IMG/VR virus record: IMGVR_UViG_3300037311_000064
Span: 1-58,438 of that record
Direction: 5' to 3' (one strand)
DNA length: 58,438 nt
Origin: a virus
Lineage: Duplodnaviria > Caudoviricetes
The position numbers and the translations under genes were made by a program. The notes under the pieces are model-generated. The model saw only the letters and a program-made list of their open reading frames with translations, made no database searches and had not been told where the DNA came from. The stretch's first letter is position 1. Each line of letters opens with the position of its first letter. Shown here piece after piece: positions 28,848 to 37,498 of the stretch.

Positions 28848-30907
28848 TAATCCTCCTTAAGGCTCGGTCTAATATCCACACCAGGAGGTGAAGAGAAAGT
28901 GTACCTAATCAAAGTCCCAACAACATTTGGAACTGTGCCTAAAGGCAGCCAAGTTAAACCGTTGTCCGTGGAGTATTGAAAGTTAGCAATATTAGCTACA
29001 GTATTATGGTTAACTAACAAGGCATCTGACAAATCGTAAGCTCTAAAAAACAACTGAGGAACACTGGTGCTATAAGCTTTTTTAAGCCTAAATGCTACTC
29101 TCGATGGCGAAAGGTTAGAAGAAAGGTCTCTTGAAAACTCCCAATTATCAGAGATTTCAAAATTACTTTCTAATCCCAAAAAGAACTCTTGAAGTTGCGC
29201 AGGAATACAGGTGTCTAAAGAAAGCGTATCAAACAAAATCTTAAATTGGACTTGGGTTCCAGTGGCAAAAAGAGTTAGATCTTCTGCAAACGGTATGTTA
29301 GTCCAACCACCAGATATACTTCCAAAACCAGAAGTTCTATATTGAATCTTCAAAGACCCAGTAACATCAAATAGCTTGTCTGTTGTAGTCAAAAATTTAT
29401 AAACAGAACTTGGTGTATCTAGAACTTTAGTGATAATATAACTGTGATCAAATAAAGAATCCGATCTTAGATCGGCCAGTATAGTGCCTCTTTGACCTGT
29501 GACGCCGGTCGCTCCAGTAAGCACGCACCAACCATCTTCAATGTCTAGTGCTGCGGCGGTGACAAAACCTAATTCAACTACATCACTGACAGTATTTTCT
29601 CTAAATTTGTTATTGATTCCAGCAAAAATTCTATCAATCTGATTGTTAACAACCGGCTTCATGATCAAAATATTATTGTTAGTTAAGTATACAGCTCGAT
29701 CTAAAACATTTGACCAAGTAGCGATTGTTACCGTAGGAGAGGTGATTTGGTTAACTGTTCCTAAAATATTAGATGTAACTAAAGATGGCCATGATGTGGC
29801 ACCTGGAGTTAACTCGCTCAAGCGACCTAAGTACAAGTTAGAAGTGGTACAGAAGAATACACACGGTTGACCGCTGTTACTTGTATGTCCTGGTACTGCA
29901 TAATCTTCTGAATCTGCTTGTATCAAAGTTCCAGTAAGCGCAGGAAGATTTCCTGTTTTACGAACCCAAGCTGAACCAGTGGTGCCAAAAGCTCTGCAAA
30001 CATCCGCAGTGCCTGCTGTAGTTATGTTAATAGCTGCTCCGCCTGAAGTTGCAGATACTTGAAAATCGTTTGCTGTTGGGTTTCTTACAAAATAAGTTGT
30101 GTTGTTAGTAAGACCTGCAGCTCCAGAAAGATTTGTAATGAAAATAGGCGTATTGTCTGCAAAACCGTGAGAAGCTATCGTAAATCTATCCGTACCTGCA
30201 TCTATGGTTGCCGCAGAAAGAGGGCAGTTTAAAGCGGCATTAGTGCTATAGACATAAAATTGATGTGTTGCAGACACGCCATTATGAACATACACTCGAT
30301 TGTTTGGTCGGTCTAAAGTAACACCAGTAGAAGCGATGTTTAACTGACCTACTCCAATAGCTGCTGGATCTTGCAAAAAGTAAGTAGCTTTTTGATTTAA
30401 ACCAGTTGCAAAAGGAAATAATGGTCCAGGGCCTACAGGAGTAAAATCTGCTAAATCCACATTGTTAACGCAATATAGTCCACCATTAATGGCTACAGAA
30501 CCTGAAGTAGCTAAAAATATTCTCCAGCCTGTTGGGCCACCGTCGTCTAAAACTTTAAAGCCTCTGTAAGTATGAGTAGTCGCGGCAAGATCAGCTAAGT
30601 TCATTCGAATAATACCGTTGTAAGAGACAGCGCCATTAGTTAGATTTACAGTATGACAACTAATAGACGCAATACCGCCAGCCTCTGCAGTGATATGAAA
30701 TAACCTACCATTAGGAGACATATAACTTAAAACTGGTATAACAGTACCTGCGGTATCTGCAAGAACATCTACAAAACGATTTAAGGGAGGACCTAAAACT
30801 TCGGCTCCATCTACAATCTTTGAAAGTACTCTTCCTTGAATTGTTGTTTTATTTTGATCATAAATTGAAACAACATCTGCAAGAAGATTTGCTCTAACTG
30901 TTTTCAT
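28847..30907 (-). CDS. Fibre/appendage-like virion protein (686 aa)
   Basis: Beta-rich; contains TDRFTIASHGF.D..PI...GLTNNTTYFVR...NDFQVSAT.GG.AINIT module common in phage fibres. Confidence 0.6.
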   Translation of the reverse strand: MKTVRANLLADVVSIYDQNKTTIQGRVLSKIVDGAEVLGPPLNRFVDVLADTAGTVIPVLSYMSPNGRLFHITAEAGGIASISCHTVNLTNGAVSYNGIIRMNLADLAATTHTYRGFKVLDDGGPTGWRIFLATSGSVAINGGLYCVNNVDLADFTPVGPGPLFPFATGLNQKATYFLQDPAAIGVGQLNIASTGVTLDRPNNRVYVHNGVSATHQFYVYSTNAALNCPLSAATIDAGTDRFTIASHGFADNTPIFITNLSGAAGLTNNTTYFVRNPTANDFQVSATSGGAAINITTAGTADVCRAFGTTGSAWVRKTGNLPALTGTLIQADSEDYAVPGHTSNSGQPCVFFCTTSNLYLGRLSELTPGATSWPSLVTSNILGTVNQITSPTVTIATWSNVLDRAVYLTNNNILIMKPVVNNQIDRIFAGINNKFRENTVSDVVELGFVTAAALDIEDGWCVLTGATGVTGQRGTILADLRSDSLFDHSYIITKVLDTPSSVYKFLTTTDKLFDVTGSLKIQYRTSGFGSISGGWTNIPFAEDLTLFATGTQVQFKILFDTLSLDTCIPAQLQEFFLGLESNFEISDNWEFSRDLSSNLSPSRVAFRLKKAYSTSVPQLFFRAYDLSDALLVNHNTVANIANFQYSTDNGLTWLPLGTVPNVVGTLIRYTFSSPPGVDIRPSLKED

Positions 30908-30914
30908 ACTTCTC

Positions 30915-31601
30915 CTAAATTACAATGCTCCAAGCATCACCGTCGAATCTATACTCATTACCTACTAAAGTGTAGTTAAAAACTTTTCTTGCAGTAACTC
31001 CAGGAAAAGTTGAGCTTGTGTAATCAAATTGAACAACTCTTCTTAAGCGTTTGTTACTAAAATCTGCCCACACAACATTTCGTTCTCGATCAGCGGAATC
31101 TAAGATTTGCTTTCTTAAATTGTTTACAAAATATCTTAAGGTTCCGTTTGCTTGTCCATCTTCTGTTCCGGCTACCAGAATATTATCTCTAGTAGCTTGG
31201 ATATCCCTTATCTCAAGTGTAGCATTTAATGCATTTAAAACATCTACAAGACCTGAAACTACATCTTGTAAGGTACCTTCAGTCGCTAACTCTGAAGGAT
31301 TTTGAAGCTCGGCTAAAACCGCATCTACTGCTGATTTTAGCTCTACATCGTGAGTTCTCAAGCGTCTTGTATTATCAACTTCTGCACTTGCACCTGTTAC
31401 GGCGTCTTCTATGCTCAAACCGTCGATTAAGACATCGCCCTCAATTACAGCAGTCGTAGGCAAAGGATTAGAACTGGTAATCGGATTACCATCTTGATCT
31501 ACAACCAAAACCCTTTTAGCATCGGCTCTTTCCTCATGCTCATTTTGGATTATGGTGCGCTGATCGGTAATTTGATTGCCTCTAATCCTTTGATTAGGCA
31601 T
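30915..31601 (-). CDS. Hypothetical virion protein
   Basis: VDQDGNPITSSNPLP and LATEGTL motifs seen in phage structural proteins. Confidence 0.55.
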   Translation of the reverse strand: MPNQRIRGNQITDQRTIIQNEHEERADAKRVLVVDQDGNPITSSNPLPTTAVIEGDVLIDGLSIEDAVTGASAEVDNTRRLRTHDVELKSAVDAVLAELQNPSELATEGTLQDVVSGLVDVLNALNATLEIRDIQATRDNILVAGTEDGQANGTLRYFVNNLRKQILDSADRERNVVWADFSNKRLRRVVQFDYTSSTFPGVTARKVFNYTLVGNEYRFDGDAWSIVI

Positions 31602-31612
31602 CTAGACCTCTA

Positions 31613-32005
31613 TTAAGGTTTACAGATCGCGACTTGTACTGCTGCGTTTGAAGATCTAATTCTTAAAGATTTTTGATCATTCGAAGCTAAGCCAGTAAAC
31701 AACATTGCAACATGGTTAGGTGGAAGAGCTAGGCCATTAGCAATAGTGGGGGCAGAGCCAGGAACTGTGTCGTGATCTCCGATCCACAAAAACTGAGTTG
31801 AACCACTAGTATTGCAAACTCTTAGTGTTCCTCTCTCGGGAACATCCACTCCAGCAGCTAAACTTGAATCTGGTACGATCAAGTCTACAGCTATAATCTC
31901 GCCATTTGTAGAACGGCTTACTCCCGAAGCATCGTTGTGCTGATCGTTAGCAATCGAGCTTGGGTTTCTAGAAGCTTTTCTAAGATTAGTTTGTTGGTTA
32001 CTCAT
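31613..32005 (-). CDS. Hypothetical beta-sandwich virion protein
   Basis: LRVCNTSGSTQFLWIG...NGLALPP pattern. Confidence 0.55.
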   Translation of the reverse strand: MSNQQTNLRKASRNPSSIANDQHNDASGVSRSTNGEIIAVDLIVPDSSLAAGVDVPERGTLRVCNTSGSTQFLWIGDHDTVPGSAPTIANGLALPPNHVAMLFTGLASNDQKSLRIRSSNAAVQVAICKP

Positions 32006-32294
32006 CTTCTTCCTCGTTTAATTCGTCTTCTAGTGAAGACCTCTTTTTTGTGATAGTTCGATTTACCTTTTCAATTTCATTTCTAAAAAAGAAAAGTAAA
32101 TCCCTGTACCTCTTGAAATCAGACCTCATAAAATCTAGTTGAAGGTCTCTTCCTTGTCCTAGATTATCCTGAAACACGAATAAAACTGTAGGTTTATCAT
32201 ACTTACCTACAGAAACCTCGGTACGCAGGAACTTTAGGCCGTGCATTTCTAAAAATGGGCATAAAGCTAGGTTGTCTGTCTTGAACTCTTTCAT
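31998..32294 (-). CDS. Hypothetical protein (DUF5659-like)
   Basis: FKTDNLALCPFL..HG......V.....TVLFVF pattern. Confidence 0.5.
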   Translation of the reverse strand: MKEFKTDNLALCPFLEMHGLKFLRTEVSVGKYDKPTVLFVFQDNLGQGRDLQLDFMRSDFKRYRDLLFFFRNEIEKVNRTITKKRSSLEDELNEEEDE

Positions 32295-32340
32295 ACACCA
32301 CAGGTTATATCAAGTTTATCATAAAGGCAAGCGTCTTTAT

Positions 32341-32424
32341 AAAAAAAGCCCCTGACAGAACGCCAGGGGCCAAGGAGGAGGAAGTGATCCATGGGAGGGG
32401 TGATCACAAGACCATTGCGGTCCT
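32341..32424 (-). ncRNA. Candidate small RNA with anti-Shine-Dalgarno tracts
   Basis: Own promoter; hairpin AGGACC/GGTCTT; hairpin GTGATC/GATCAC with loop ACCCCTCCCATG; single-stranded TTCCTCCTCCTT; terminator GCCCCTG/CAGGGGC + T7. Confidence 0.65.
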
Positions 32425-32430
32425 AGTATT

Positions 32431-32460
32431 AATATAACACTCTATTTAGGACTTTTTCAA
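32431..32460 (-). promoter_or_regulatory. sigma70-type promoter of the candidate sRNA
   Basis: TTGAAA (32460-32455), 18 bp, extended TG-T-TATATT (32439-32431). Confidence 0.55.
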
Positions 32461-32994
32461 TAGGCTACGCCAGGAGTCATTTTCGACAGTTCCATCCCAG
32501 TTGTTATTTTTGATCGCGTTTTCACTTCTAGACAGATATTGCAAATTCTCAATAACATGCAATCCGCATATTTCGGGATGATTTAGAGGGATAATGTGAT
32601 CGACCTCCATACCTTCTGGGCAATTCTTATAAAAATCAAAAATAGCCTTTTTATTTGCCCACTTTGGGGTTGCTAATTTTTTATAAGCTCTGTACCCAGC
32701 CGTATAAGCGGTTTGATACTTTCTAAATTTTAGATAGTTGTTTTCTATCCACTTTCTATGATTATAAAAGTACTGCTGTTTATTATTGTTGTAATGAAGC
32801 TTGTTTAAAGCTTTCTTTCTTTCTTTTACATCATCCCTTTGTCTGTAAATCTTATCTCTACCAGCGCGTCTATAATTTCTTGATCTTTCATTTTTACAAG
32901 ATTTACACTCAGCTCCAACACCTTGAGGTTTTCTTTTATCTTTAGCAAAATCACTTACGAGTTTTTCTATTTTACAAACAGAACAAATTTTCAT
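32446..32994 (-). CDS. HNH homing endonuclease
   Basis: N-terminal KICSVC...CKSC zinc finger; ATPKWAN, EVDHIIPL...CGLHVIENLQYL...N..K.N; lower GC than flanks. Confidence 0.9.
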   Translation of the reverse strand: MKICSVCKIEKLVSDFAKDKRKPQGVGAECKSCKNERSRNYRRAGRDKIYRQRDDVKERKKALNKLHYNNNKQQYFYNHRKWIENNYLKFRKYQTAYTAGYRAYKKLATPKWANKKAIFDFYKNCPEGMEVDHIIPLNHPEICGLHVIENLQYLSRSENAIKNNNWDGTVENDSWRSLLKKS

Positions 32995-33016
32995 ATCGGT
33001 CGTGCCGCTTTCAAGT

Positions 33017-33046
33017 AAAAAATTAGGCAGATTTCTCTGCCTAATT
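33017..33046 (-). terminator. Intrinsic terminator after major capsid gene
   Basis: AATTAGGCAGA-N4-TCTGCCTAATT inverted repeat with T-run on minus strand. Confidence 0.8.
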
Positions 33047-33061
33047 CTTAACCATTAAAGG

Positions 33062-34519
33062 TTATGCAGACCTTCCAATATTTTCAATAAGGAAGTGTTT
33101 GCGAGGAGTATAAACAATCGGAGTTCCGTACAAGAGCTGCATCCAGCGGTACGCAGTAGCGATAACCGCAAGGTCCATCTTCATCAACGGAGCCAATTGC
33201 TTGAAGCGAAGAGCTTCTGCATCCTTAGTCAACAGGTAAGCCTGAGAAAGACCAGGAAGCTTGTGGTTAAGGTCTCGGAGAGTAGCTGCGCCACCGACTG
33301 CTGCAGGAGCTACGAACGCGATAAACTCGTGTCCAACTGCAGAGTTACGAGGAGAGCGGTATACCGCGTAAGCGATAGCACCAGCAACACCAGCGATAGC
33401 AACATTCACTCGCTCGCCAGCAGCAACTGCCTGAGCAGCAGAAACTGGAGAAACAGGACCTTCGCCTGCCTCAGTGATAGCAGTTACACGGTAAGTGTAA
33501 GTGCCAGCATCAGCAGCAGTCATCTTTGAAAGAGCGTCAACAGCTACAGACAAAGTAGGAGCAGCAGGAGCAGCGATTCCGGCCAACGGAGCAGCAGGAG
33601 TGCGCTTAGGACGCTGGAACACGCTAGACATCAACTGGAATTCACCAGCAGCGGCTACGAAAGACTGGAGTACGAAACCAGCTTTACCAGCGGCAACACC
33701 CATTGGGTTGATACGCTCTTTAGGGAAGAACTGACGGCCAAGGTCAGAGTGAGCTTTAGTATCCATCAACATTACAGACGGAACACCAAAGTTTTCACCG
33801 ACAACTCGGGCAGCATCTTCAAGAAGATCAGAATCCATAACATCGCCACGGATGTCGCGGATAACATCTTCTTCAACACCGTAACCAGTGAAAGCCTTAG
33901 CTTTAGCAGAAGCATCAGTGTTACCTTTACGGATCTGCTTATCAAGACCTTCCCAAGCAGTGTCATCATCGAGGATGGCTGCGTCAGCACCGTCAAAAAC
34001 TCCAGAAGCAGACGCATAGTGTCCACGACCAGAAGTCAATGCACGCTCTACGATCTCAAGGATTCGCATAGTGCCGTTCTTGATTTCACGAGCGATAGCA
34101 TCGCCGTGAGCGTTTCGAACGAGCGTGTACACATGAGTCAACTCACGAGTAACGCCGATGAAACGCACTCTTTGGATCTGACGGCTGTAAGAAGCATCTT
34201 CAGATCGGGGAAGAGCGCCTTCCTTAATGAAGCCACGGCCTTGATCACCGTAAGCATCAGTTCGGTTGTACTCTTCGATAGTGTTGAAAGCTTGATCTTT
34301 ATCGATCATCGGCCACAACTTGAGATGTTTCATATCATAAGTGACAGACTTCAGAGAAGAATCCAAAGATTCTACTTGAAGCGCTCCACCACCAGTTCGG
34401 GTGTTGGGGGCACCGGCATAGGGAATGCCAGCTTCGAGGGCCTTGTTGAGTTCATCAACTTCGTTCGCAGTAGTTGCGCCGAATCCCTCTCCAAAATTTA
34501 CGAAATTATATTGGTTCAT
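33062..34519 (-). CDS. Major capsid protein (SPO1/Twort-like)
   Basis: ELNKALEAG...GGALQVESLD..LK..T, EEYN...YG..GRGFIKEG.LP, FKQLAPLMKMDLA, LLYGTP...PRK....NI; FN3-like insertion TYTYRVTA...GE; strong codon bias. Confidence 0.92.
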   Translation of the reverse strand: MNQYNFVNFGEGFGATTANEVDELNKALEAGIPYAGAPNTRTGGGALQVESLDSSLKSVTYDMKHLKLWPMIDKDQAFNTIEEYNRTDAYGDQGRGFIKEGALPRSEDASYSRQIQRVRFIGVTRELTHVYTLVRNAHGDAIAREIKNGTMRILEIVERALTSGRGHYASASGVFDGADAAILDDDTAWEGLDKQIRKGNTDASAKAKAFTGYGVEEDVIRDIRGDVMDSDLLEDAARVVGENFGVPSVMLMDTKAHSDLGRQFFPKERINPMGVAAGKAGFVLQSFVAAAGEFQLMSSVFQRPKRTPAAPLAGIAAPAAPTLSVAVDALSKMTAADAGTYTYRVTAITEAGEGPVSPVSAAQAVAAGERVNVAIAGVAGAIAYAVYRSPRNSAVGHEFIAFVAPAAVGGAATLRDLNHKLPGLSQAYLLTKDAEALRFKQLAPLMKMDLAVIATAYRWMQLLYGTPIVYTPRKHFLIENIGRSA

Positions 34520-34541
34520 AGGTTCTCCTTAATAAAACCTT

Positions 34542-35417
34542 TTAGTTTGAATGTCGCTTTTTAGCTTCTTCCATCACAAGCGCACGAACTGCTGGGTTAC
34601 TCAAATTTTTGGTAACTTCGAATTCAGCGATGTGCTGAGAGGTGATTCCTTTACCTGCTTTCTGAAGATCAAGCATTGTATCCAATACCTGAGATTTTGA
34701 AAGAGTAGTTTCGCTAGAACCACCTTTCTCAAGAGTCTCAAGGGTACTTACTGCTTGGCCGCTGTGAGCTGGCTGTGAGGAAAGTTTTTTAATTTCATCA
34801 GACATAGACTTGATCAAGCTGTCTTTCTCGTTCAAACGAGCGTCGAAAGCTTTTTTCAGGTCTTCGATTTGAGCACTGACAGCTTGAACAACTGACTTTG
34901 CAACATCAGTAGAAGCTTCTTTTTCAGCTTGCTCAGACTCTTCGCGCCAAGCTTTAATAAGCTCAAGCTCTTCAGAATCCAAAACTTGAGAAAGCTCTTC
35001 GATAGATTTTTTCATGCTCTTCTTGTGCTTCTCTTTTTCGTGCTCTTTTACTTCTTCTTTAGCTTCTTTATCAGCAAGTTTTTTCATTGCTTCTTTGTCA
35101 GCTTTTTGAAGATCAGCTTCTTTTTCTTCAGACTTTTTGGACTCTTCTTTTTCGTCCTCTTCGTCTTCTTCTTTTTCATCTTCAGACTTTTTAGCTTTAG
35201 CTTTTTCAGCTTGCTCTGCGCTCATCGGAGAACCAGACTTAATCTTGTCTTTTCCGCCGTTAGCGTCCTTGTCTGTATCTTTTGACTCTTCACTTTTAGC
35301 AACTTCTTCTTTTGCTTCTTCAGCAGGTTGCTCTTCAGTTCCAAGAGTCTCATCGATGATCGCATCGATTGACTTTAGAATTTCTTCTTCAGTCATTTTC
35401 TTTTTAGCTTCCGACAT
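34542..35417 (-). CDS. Capsid scaffolding protein
   Basis: E/K-rich coiled coil between protease and capsid; many hxK[S/A] motifs; ATG at 35417 behind AAGGAG. Confidence 0.7.
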   Translation of the reverse strand: MSEAKKKMTEEEILKSIDAIIDETLGTEEQPAEEAKEEVAKSEESKDTDKDANGGKDKIKSGSPMSAEQAEKAKAKKSEDEKEEDEEDEKEESKKSEEKEADLQKADKEAMKKLADKEAKEEVKEHEKEKHKKSMKKSIEELSQVLDSEELELIKAWREESEQAEKEASTDVAKSVVQAVSAQIEDLKKAFDARLNEKDSLIKSMSDEIKKLSSQPAHSGQAVSTLETLEKGGSSETTLSKSQVLDTMLDLQKAGKGITSQHIAEFEVTKNLSNPAVRALVMEEAKKRHSN

Positions 35418-36261
35418 TTTCGTCTCCTTCAATGCTCTTGAGCCTCGATGCGAGAACCTTCAAAAGATCAACTGGATCTTCGTCAGGATGCAACTCACAT
35501 AAGCGCTGCATGATTGATTTTAACACTCGTTTTTGACTTTTTTTGTCTTTTTTGGCAATATGCTTGAGCTTAGCGTCTAACGACTCCTTCGTCATCGCTT
35601 CGCCACCTGTTCGTTGAGCAGGAGCTTTCGTGCCACCTGCACCGGCTGCCAGCGCCTTTTCTACTGCTCCCTGGATCATGCTCTCAAGCTCTGACTTCTC
35701 AGCGGAGATGTATGCTGGCTCTGGAATATCTTCCAACTTACCAGATGCCAATGATTTTGCAAGGTCTACATAGGTGAATGGATTTACAGGGTCCAAAGTC
35801 AAAGCTACCTTGTCGATTCTTGCTTTTCGAATAACTTGGCGATTGACTGGATCTCTCTGCAAGATCTTTCCTTCAATGCTCATGTGTACGCGAGGTCCAG
35901 TGCTTTTCTTAAGTGATTTCAAGATGTTATAGAAAGCTTTAGCTCTTTCTTGATGTTTAAATAGGTAGCCTTTTACCAACAGAGCTTTTTGACCTTCGTG
36001 GGTAATAAAGTCAGCTTCTTCGATCTGACCAATTACATTCTCTGGTCCTTTCTGGTGATCGACATTAAACAACCCCCGACCAGCCTTTAACAAGGAGATA
36101 TCTAGACCATTTTGGTCAACTACTTCACCTTGAAGGTCCGCGTCTGGTGTAGATGCGATACCCTTGATCGACCACTCTTCATCACCATCAGCGTTTTTAG
36201 ATTTTTCAATCTCTACTGGGATATGAAATTGAAAAGATTTAATGATTTTATCTTCAGACAC
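35404..36261 (-). CDS. Prohead (maturation) protease
   Basis: IKGIASTPDADLQGEVV, FNVDHQ, IGQI, HMSIEGKI, VALTLDPVNPFT motifs of HK97/U35-type proteases. Confidence 0.88.
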   Translation of the reverse strand: MSEDKIIKSFQFHIPVEIEKSKNADGDEEWSIKGIASTPDADLQGEVVDQNGLDISLLKAGRGLFNVDHQKGPENVIGQIEEADFITHEGQKALLVKGYLFKHQERAKAFYNILKSLKKSTGPRVHMSIEGKILQRDPVNRQVIRKARIDKVALTLDPVNPFTYVDLAKSLASGKLEDIPEPAYISAEKSELESMIQGAVEKALAAGAGGTKAPAQRTGGEAMTKESLDAKLKHIAKKDKKSQKRVLKSIMQRLCELHPDEDPVDLLKVLASRLKSIEGDENVGS

Positions 36262-36306
36262 AAATGACCTCGGGCGTGAGTTTTTAACGCCTCAAGAAAT
36301 AGATTA

Positions 36307-36564
36307 TCACAAGCCAGTGAGCTTTTTTACTTTCTCAAGCTCTGCAAGCTTTCGTTTTGCTTTAACTATGGCCTTTTTCTCTATGGAAGTTACCGCAGCT
36401 ATGGACATTCCTAGTAGCTTTGCTATCTCCGCTAGGGTGTGAGGGCGAGTGTTTAAACGCATGTAGGTAAAGAAGCAATTGTAGTGCTCGGGGGAGTTTA
36501 CCCACCAAGCATCAGGATCTTCCTGACATCTACAAGCATCTTTGTGTACGATCTTTGCACTCAT
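36307..36564 (-). CDS. Small sigma-region-4-like HTH protein
   Basis: PHTLAEIAKLLGMSIAAVTSIEKKAIVK matches sigma70 r4 HTH; Cys-rich N-terminus; first gene of late operon. Confidence 0.7.
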   Translation of the reverse strand: MSAKIVHKDACRCQEDPDAWWVNSPEHYNCFFTYMRLNTRPHTLAEIAKLLGMSIAAVTSIEKKAIVKAKRKLAELEKVKKLTGL

Positions 36565-36748
36565 GTCTCAAATTTAGACGAAATAAGCAATTTAGTCAAG
36601 TTGCTAAAATCTCTCAACTTTTGACGGTATGCGTCATAATTTGATACGCTAGGAGCTTGACAGTGCTGTAAATCGGTGGTAATAATATATTAGCTTCTGT
36701 ATATGTAAGCTATCTGATAGTTAATAACCTATATGAATAAGCTACTAG

Positions 36749-36786
36749 CTTAAGCTTATTCAACTTAAGCTTATTCAACTTAAGCT
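36749..36786. repeat. Tandem 15-bp repeat CTTAAGCTTATTCAA (2.5 copies) in AT-rich divergent intergenic region
   Basis: Copies at 36749-36763 and 36764-36778, partial at 36779-36786. Confidence 0.85.
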
Positions 36787-36865
36787 AGCTTCTCATTTAA
36801 TCAAAATAGGGAAAGCCAATCTTTAAAACAAATTCCAAAGTTGACGAAGTTCCGCCGCCAAGCAC

Positions 36866-36905
36866 TTTGACCTACGAAAAGGTCAAAATAGGTTGACTTT
36901 GACCT
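36866..36905. promoter_or_regulatory. Operator-like inverted repeat TTTGACCT-N6-AGGTCAAA plus third half-site
   Basis: 36866-36887 palindrome; TTTGACCT again at 36898-36905, just upstream of ORF 36928. Confidence 0.45.
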
Positions 36906-36927
36906 GTAAACCTGCGAAATTATCAAA

Positions 36928-37455
36928 ATGAGTTATCACAGGGACAATAGATCAGAAAAAGAATATGAAAGCTTTGTTCGTAGAAGTTGGAAGGAAGAAG
37001 ATGAATTCCTTAAAGCAATCAACAAAGCTCTTCCTGAAGGTGTAGAGTTTGAGCTTTCCGGTTCTGATAAAGACCGAGTATTCCAGTCTGAAGCCACTAG
37101 AAAAAAAGTAACTTCCGCCAGCGATTTTGTAATTAAAGGCTTAGGAAAGACTCTTCATGTTGGTTTTCAAACGAGCTTTACAAAGATTAAGTTCCTAACT
37201 CCTAAAGAAACTGAGCAGGTCAGTCCTATACGAAAAGTTCAAGGTGTTTCCGTTACATACCGCAAGCAATACAACGATTATGTGGTTTTTCATTTTACTG
37301 AGGAATTCTTAAGCAAAAACAATGAAGTTTTTAAAAATGATCGAATGGGCAACAAATTGACAAGATTCTTTTCTGAAAAGGTAGTTGCTCAACACACAGT
37401 AAAAACTCCCAAAGATGTGGCAGATCGCCTTCTTAAGATTTTAGAATCCCTTTAA
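36928..37455 (+). CDS. Hypothetical protein (possible PD-(D/E)xK-like nuclease fold)
   Basis: 175-aa ORF; E...SDF.I......V.FQTS pattern is only weakly nuclease-like. Confidence 0.5.
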   Translation: MSYHRDNRSEKEYESFVRRSWKEEDEFLKAINKALPEGVEFELSGSDKDRVFQSEATRKKVTSASDFVIKGLGKTLHVGFQTSFTKIKFLTPKETEQVSPIRKVQGVSVTYRKQYNDYVVFHFTEEFLSKNNEVFKNDRMGNKLTRFFSEKVVAQHTVKTPKDVADRLLKILESL

Positions 37456-37463
37456 TAATTTTC

Positions 37464-37492
37464 TTGACATATTTTTGAATCCAGTCCAAACT
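37464..37492 (+). promoter_or_regulatory. sigma70-type promoter upstream of structured RNA
   Basis: TTGACA (37464-37469), 17 bp, weak -10 CAAACT; predicted start at about G37499 coincides with the 5' end of the closing helix. Confidence 0.5.
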
Positions 37493-37498
37493 GGTCAT

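Noticed and set aside
33095-34564. Long plus-strand ORFs (144 and 271 aa) opposite the capsid gene
   Set aside because: Antisense shadows of a strongly codon-biased gene; Ser-rich, no RBS or motifs. The same applies to shadows over sheath, scaffold, spike and tape measure
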